Origin: Takakia lepidozioides | Taxonomy: Eukaryota; Plantae; Bryophyta | Direction: 5' to 3' | DNA length: 64,000 nt | Assembly: GCA_030704615.1 (NCBI GenBank) | Contig: CM060733.1 | Span: forward strand, 64,790,001-64,854,000 | In this document: in pieces, positions 62,341 to 64,000 of the stretch | How the letters are laid out: the number at the start of each line of letters is the position of its first letter | How positions within the stretch are numbered: the first letter of the stretch is position 1 | Program-made: the position numbers and the translations under genes | The notes under the pieces: model-generated | Told to the model about the DNA's origin: nothing | Seen by the model: the letters and a program-made list of their open reading frames with translations, nothing else | Database searches by the model: none

Positions 62341-63240
62341 TTAGCGTCACGTGTGCCTCGATAGGCCACCACCCCAGAATATTGTGAGTTGGGTGGAAGG
62401 AAAGGAAGGGAGAAGTCTAGATATTTGTGACAGAGCTGCGAAGGCAAACCTGCTGGTGGCGAAGGTAACTTTTGTGCGGGCTGGCTCAGAGACTTTTGTT
62501 GAAGTGGGTGTAACTAGGAATGTGGCAGTGTTGAGAGCGTGACTTGTTAGACTCCGAGAGGGAGAAAGAGAGAGAGACAGGTGTTTTCAGCGCCAAAGGT
62601 GCTGCTTCTCTCTCCCTCCTTTTCTCTGCACGGTTGGAGAGAGGGCGGGAGGCAAAGTTCAATAGTGCTATGCACTTTGCATTGCCTCCCTCTTCTCTCC
62701 AGTCCCGAGCTCTCGTTTTGTTTTCGCGTTAATCCTTATTCTCCCCCTCCTCTTCGTTCGGGTCTGGTACTGCATTATTTTCGATTTGATACATTTCTTA
62801 CAGAGCTGCAGTGGAACCGCCACTTGTTCTTTCTCTCACCGCAGCTCGTGGGGTGGTTTCGAGTTAGTATACTCGCTTATCTCAACATCTAGATTTTGGA
62901 GTGACTGTTTAGATTACAAGTCATCTTGGAAGCCACAGCAACCTGGTTCAAACAGAGCAACCCGATCGAAAGGTCAAATTTCCAGCCTACCGCCATATAG
63001 TCATGTCATGGTAAAGACAGAGGTGACGTATATGTAGCTACAAATCCTTTCTCTTGTGGAAAGGAACTGGTACCCTGTGGAAAAGCACAGATGAGAGCAG
63101 GTTATCGAGGCTCGTAGTGGGGCGTGGTAAAGGCTTGTGATCAGACCTGGGAAAGCTGCGGACGAATGAGGCTGGGGGGTGTAACAGTATCAGCAACTCC
63201 TAACGGTACGCTAGGAAGGGGCTTTGGGGACTTCGGGGGT

Positions 63241-64000
63241 ATGCCCGCTGGGTTGATGGCCCCTCCGCGACCGGTGCCACCGTTGGCAATGTCTCGCCCA
63301 CCCCCGAAGAATGTCTACGGGTCTGCTCCGGGCCTCTCACTGGCCCCTCCAAGTGGGCTCGAGAACCAGCGCGAAGTGAGCCAAACGGCTGAGAGTGAGC
63401 AACAACACAAAAACAAAGAAGAAGAGTATGAAAGCAGGTCAGGCAGTGACAATATGGAGGGAGGCTCCGGTGATGATCAGGATCCTGATCATCCACCGCG
63501 CAAGAAGAGGTATCACAGGCATACGCCACGCCAGATTCAAGAGATGGAAATGCTATTCAAAGAGTGCCCCCACCCTGATGACAAACAGCGACAGCAGCTG
63601 AGCAAGAATCTAGGCCTGGAACCCCGTCAGGTTAAGTTTTGGTTTCAAAACCGGAGAACACAGATGAAGGCCCAGCAAGAGCGAGCTGAGAATTCAATCC
63701 TCCGAGCTGACAACGATAAACTGCGGTCCGAAAATATCACAATGCGGGAGGCAATCAAGAATGCGTCTTGTCCGCACTGTGGGGGGCCCGCGACCATGGG
63801 TGAGATGTCATTTGACGAGCAGCAACTGCGCATCGAGAATGTGCGCTTGAAGGATGAGCTGGATCGCGTTTCTGCTTTGGCCGCAAAGTACCTTGGTCGA
63901 CCTATCCCCCCAATGGCCCCTCATGCTCTTCCAAGCTCATCTCTCGATCTGCAAGTGGGCGGGGGCAGCTTCGGCATGCATGCAGCACCTGCTGGCATGG
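63241..64000 (+). CDS. Class IV HD-ZIP (GL2/ATML1/HDG family) transcription factor, 5' part; alternative in-frame ATG at 63166
   Basis: [80 protein letters not shown]: homeodomain plus zipper-loop-zipper; open to the window end, so absent from the ORF track. Confidence 0.96.
   Translation, partial: MPAGLMAPPRPVPPLAMSRPPPKNVYGSAPGLSLAPPSGLENQREVSQTAESEQQHKNKEEEYESRSGSDNMEGGSGDDQDPDHPPRKKRYHRHTPRQIQEMEMLFKECPHPDDKQRQQLSKNLGLEPRQVKFWFQNRRTQMKAQQERAENSILRADNDKLRSENITMREAIKNASCPHCGGPATMGEMSFDEQQLRIENVRLKDELDRVSALAAKYLGRPIPPMAPHALPSSSLDLQVGGGSFGMHAAPAGM

Overview
Eukaryotic, repeat-rich land-plant genomic DNA. The gene sequences and TE types suggest a moss or other non-seed plant (inference). There is one 500-N gap at 5949-6448. 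Two host genes are present: a 5-exon B-box zinc-finger gene (BBX18/19-like, + strand, 24881-35426, 252 aa, with a GC-AG intron and an 8-kb LINE-filled intron 1), and the 5' part of a class IV HD-ZIP gene (+, from 63241 off the window end, no introns across the homeodomain/ZLZ). The rest is nested transposons: (i) a Ty3/Gypsy chromovirus family (degenerate copy at 1-5874; a second copy cut in two by a ~10.3-kb inversion at 41944-52231, with a solo LTR of its own family inside gag); (ii) two opposite-facing copies of a non-chromovirus Ty3/Gypsy, one carrying a large extra coiled-coil ORF after integrase; (iii) tail-less RTEX/L2-like LINEs and L1 fragments; (iv) head-to-tail non-autonomous Helitron arrays carrying tRNA/SINE-like modules; (v) a Mutator-like element with a SWIM-finger transposase and a zinc-finger/Ulp1-protease gene, whose non-coding DNA is saturated with a GGGGATC motif, reminiscent of VANDAL-type anti-silencing MULEs. 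Undoing the inversion restores the LTR element with its GGGTG TSD, a continuous Helitron array and a convergent two-gene MULE.
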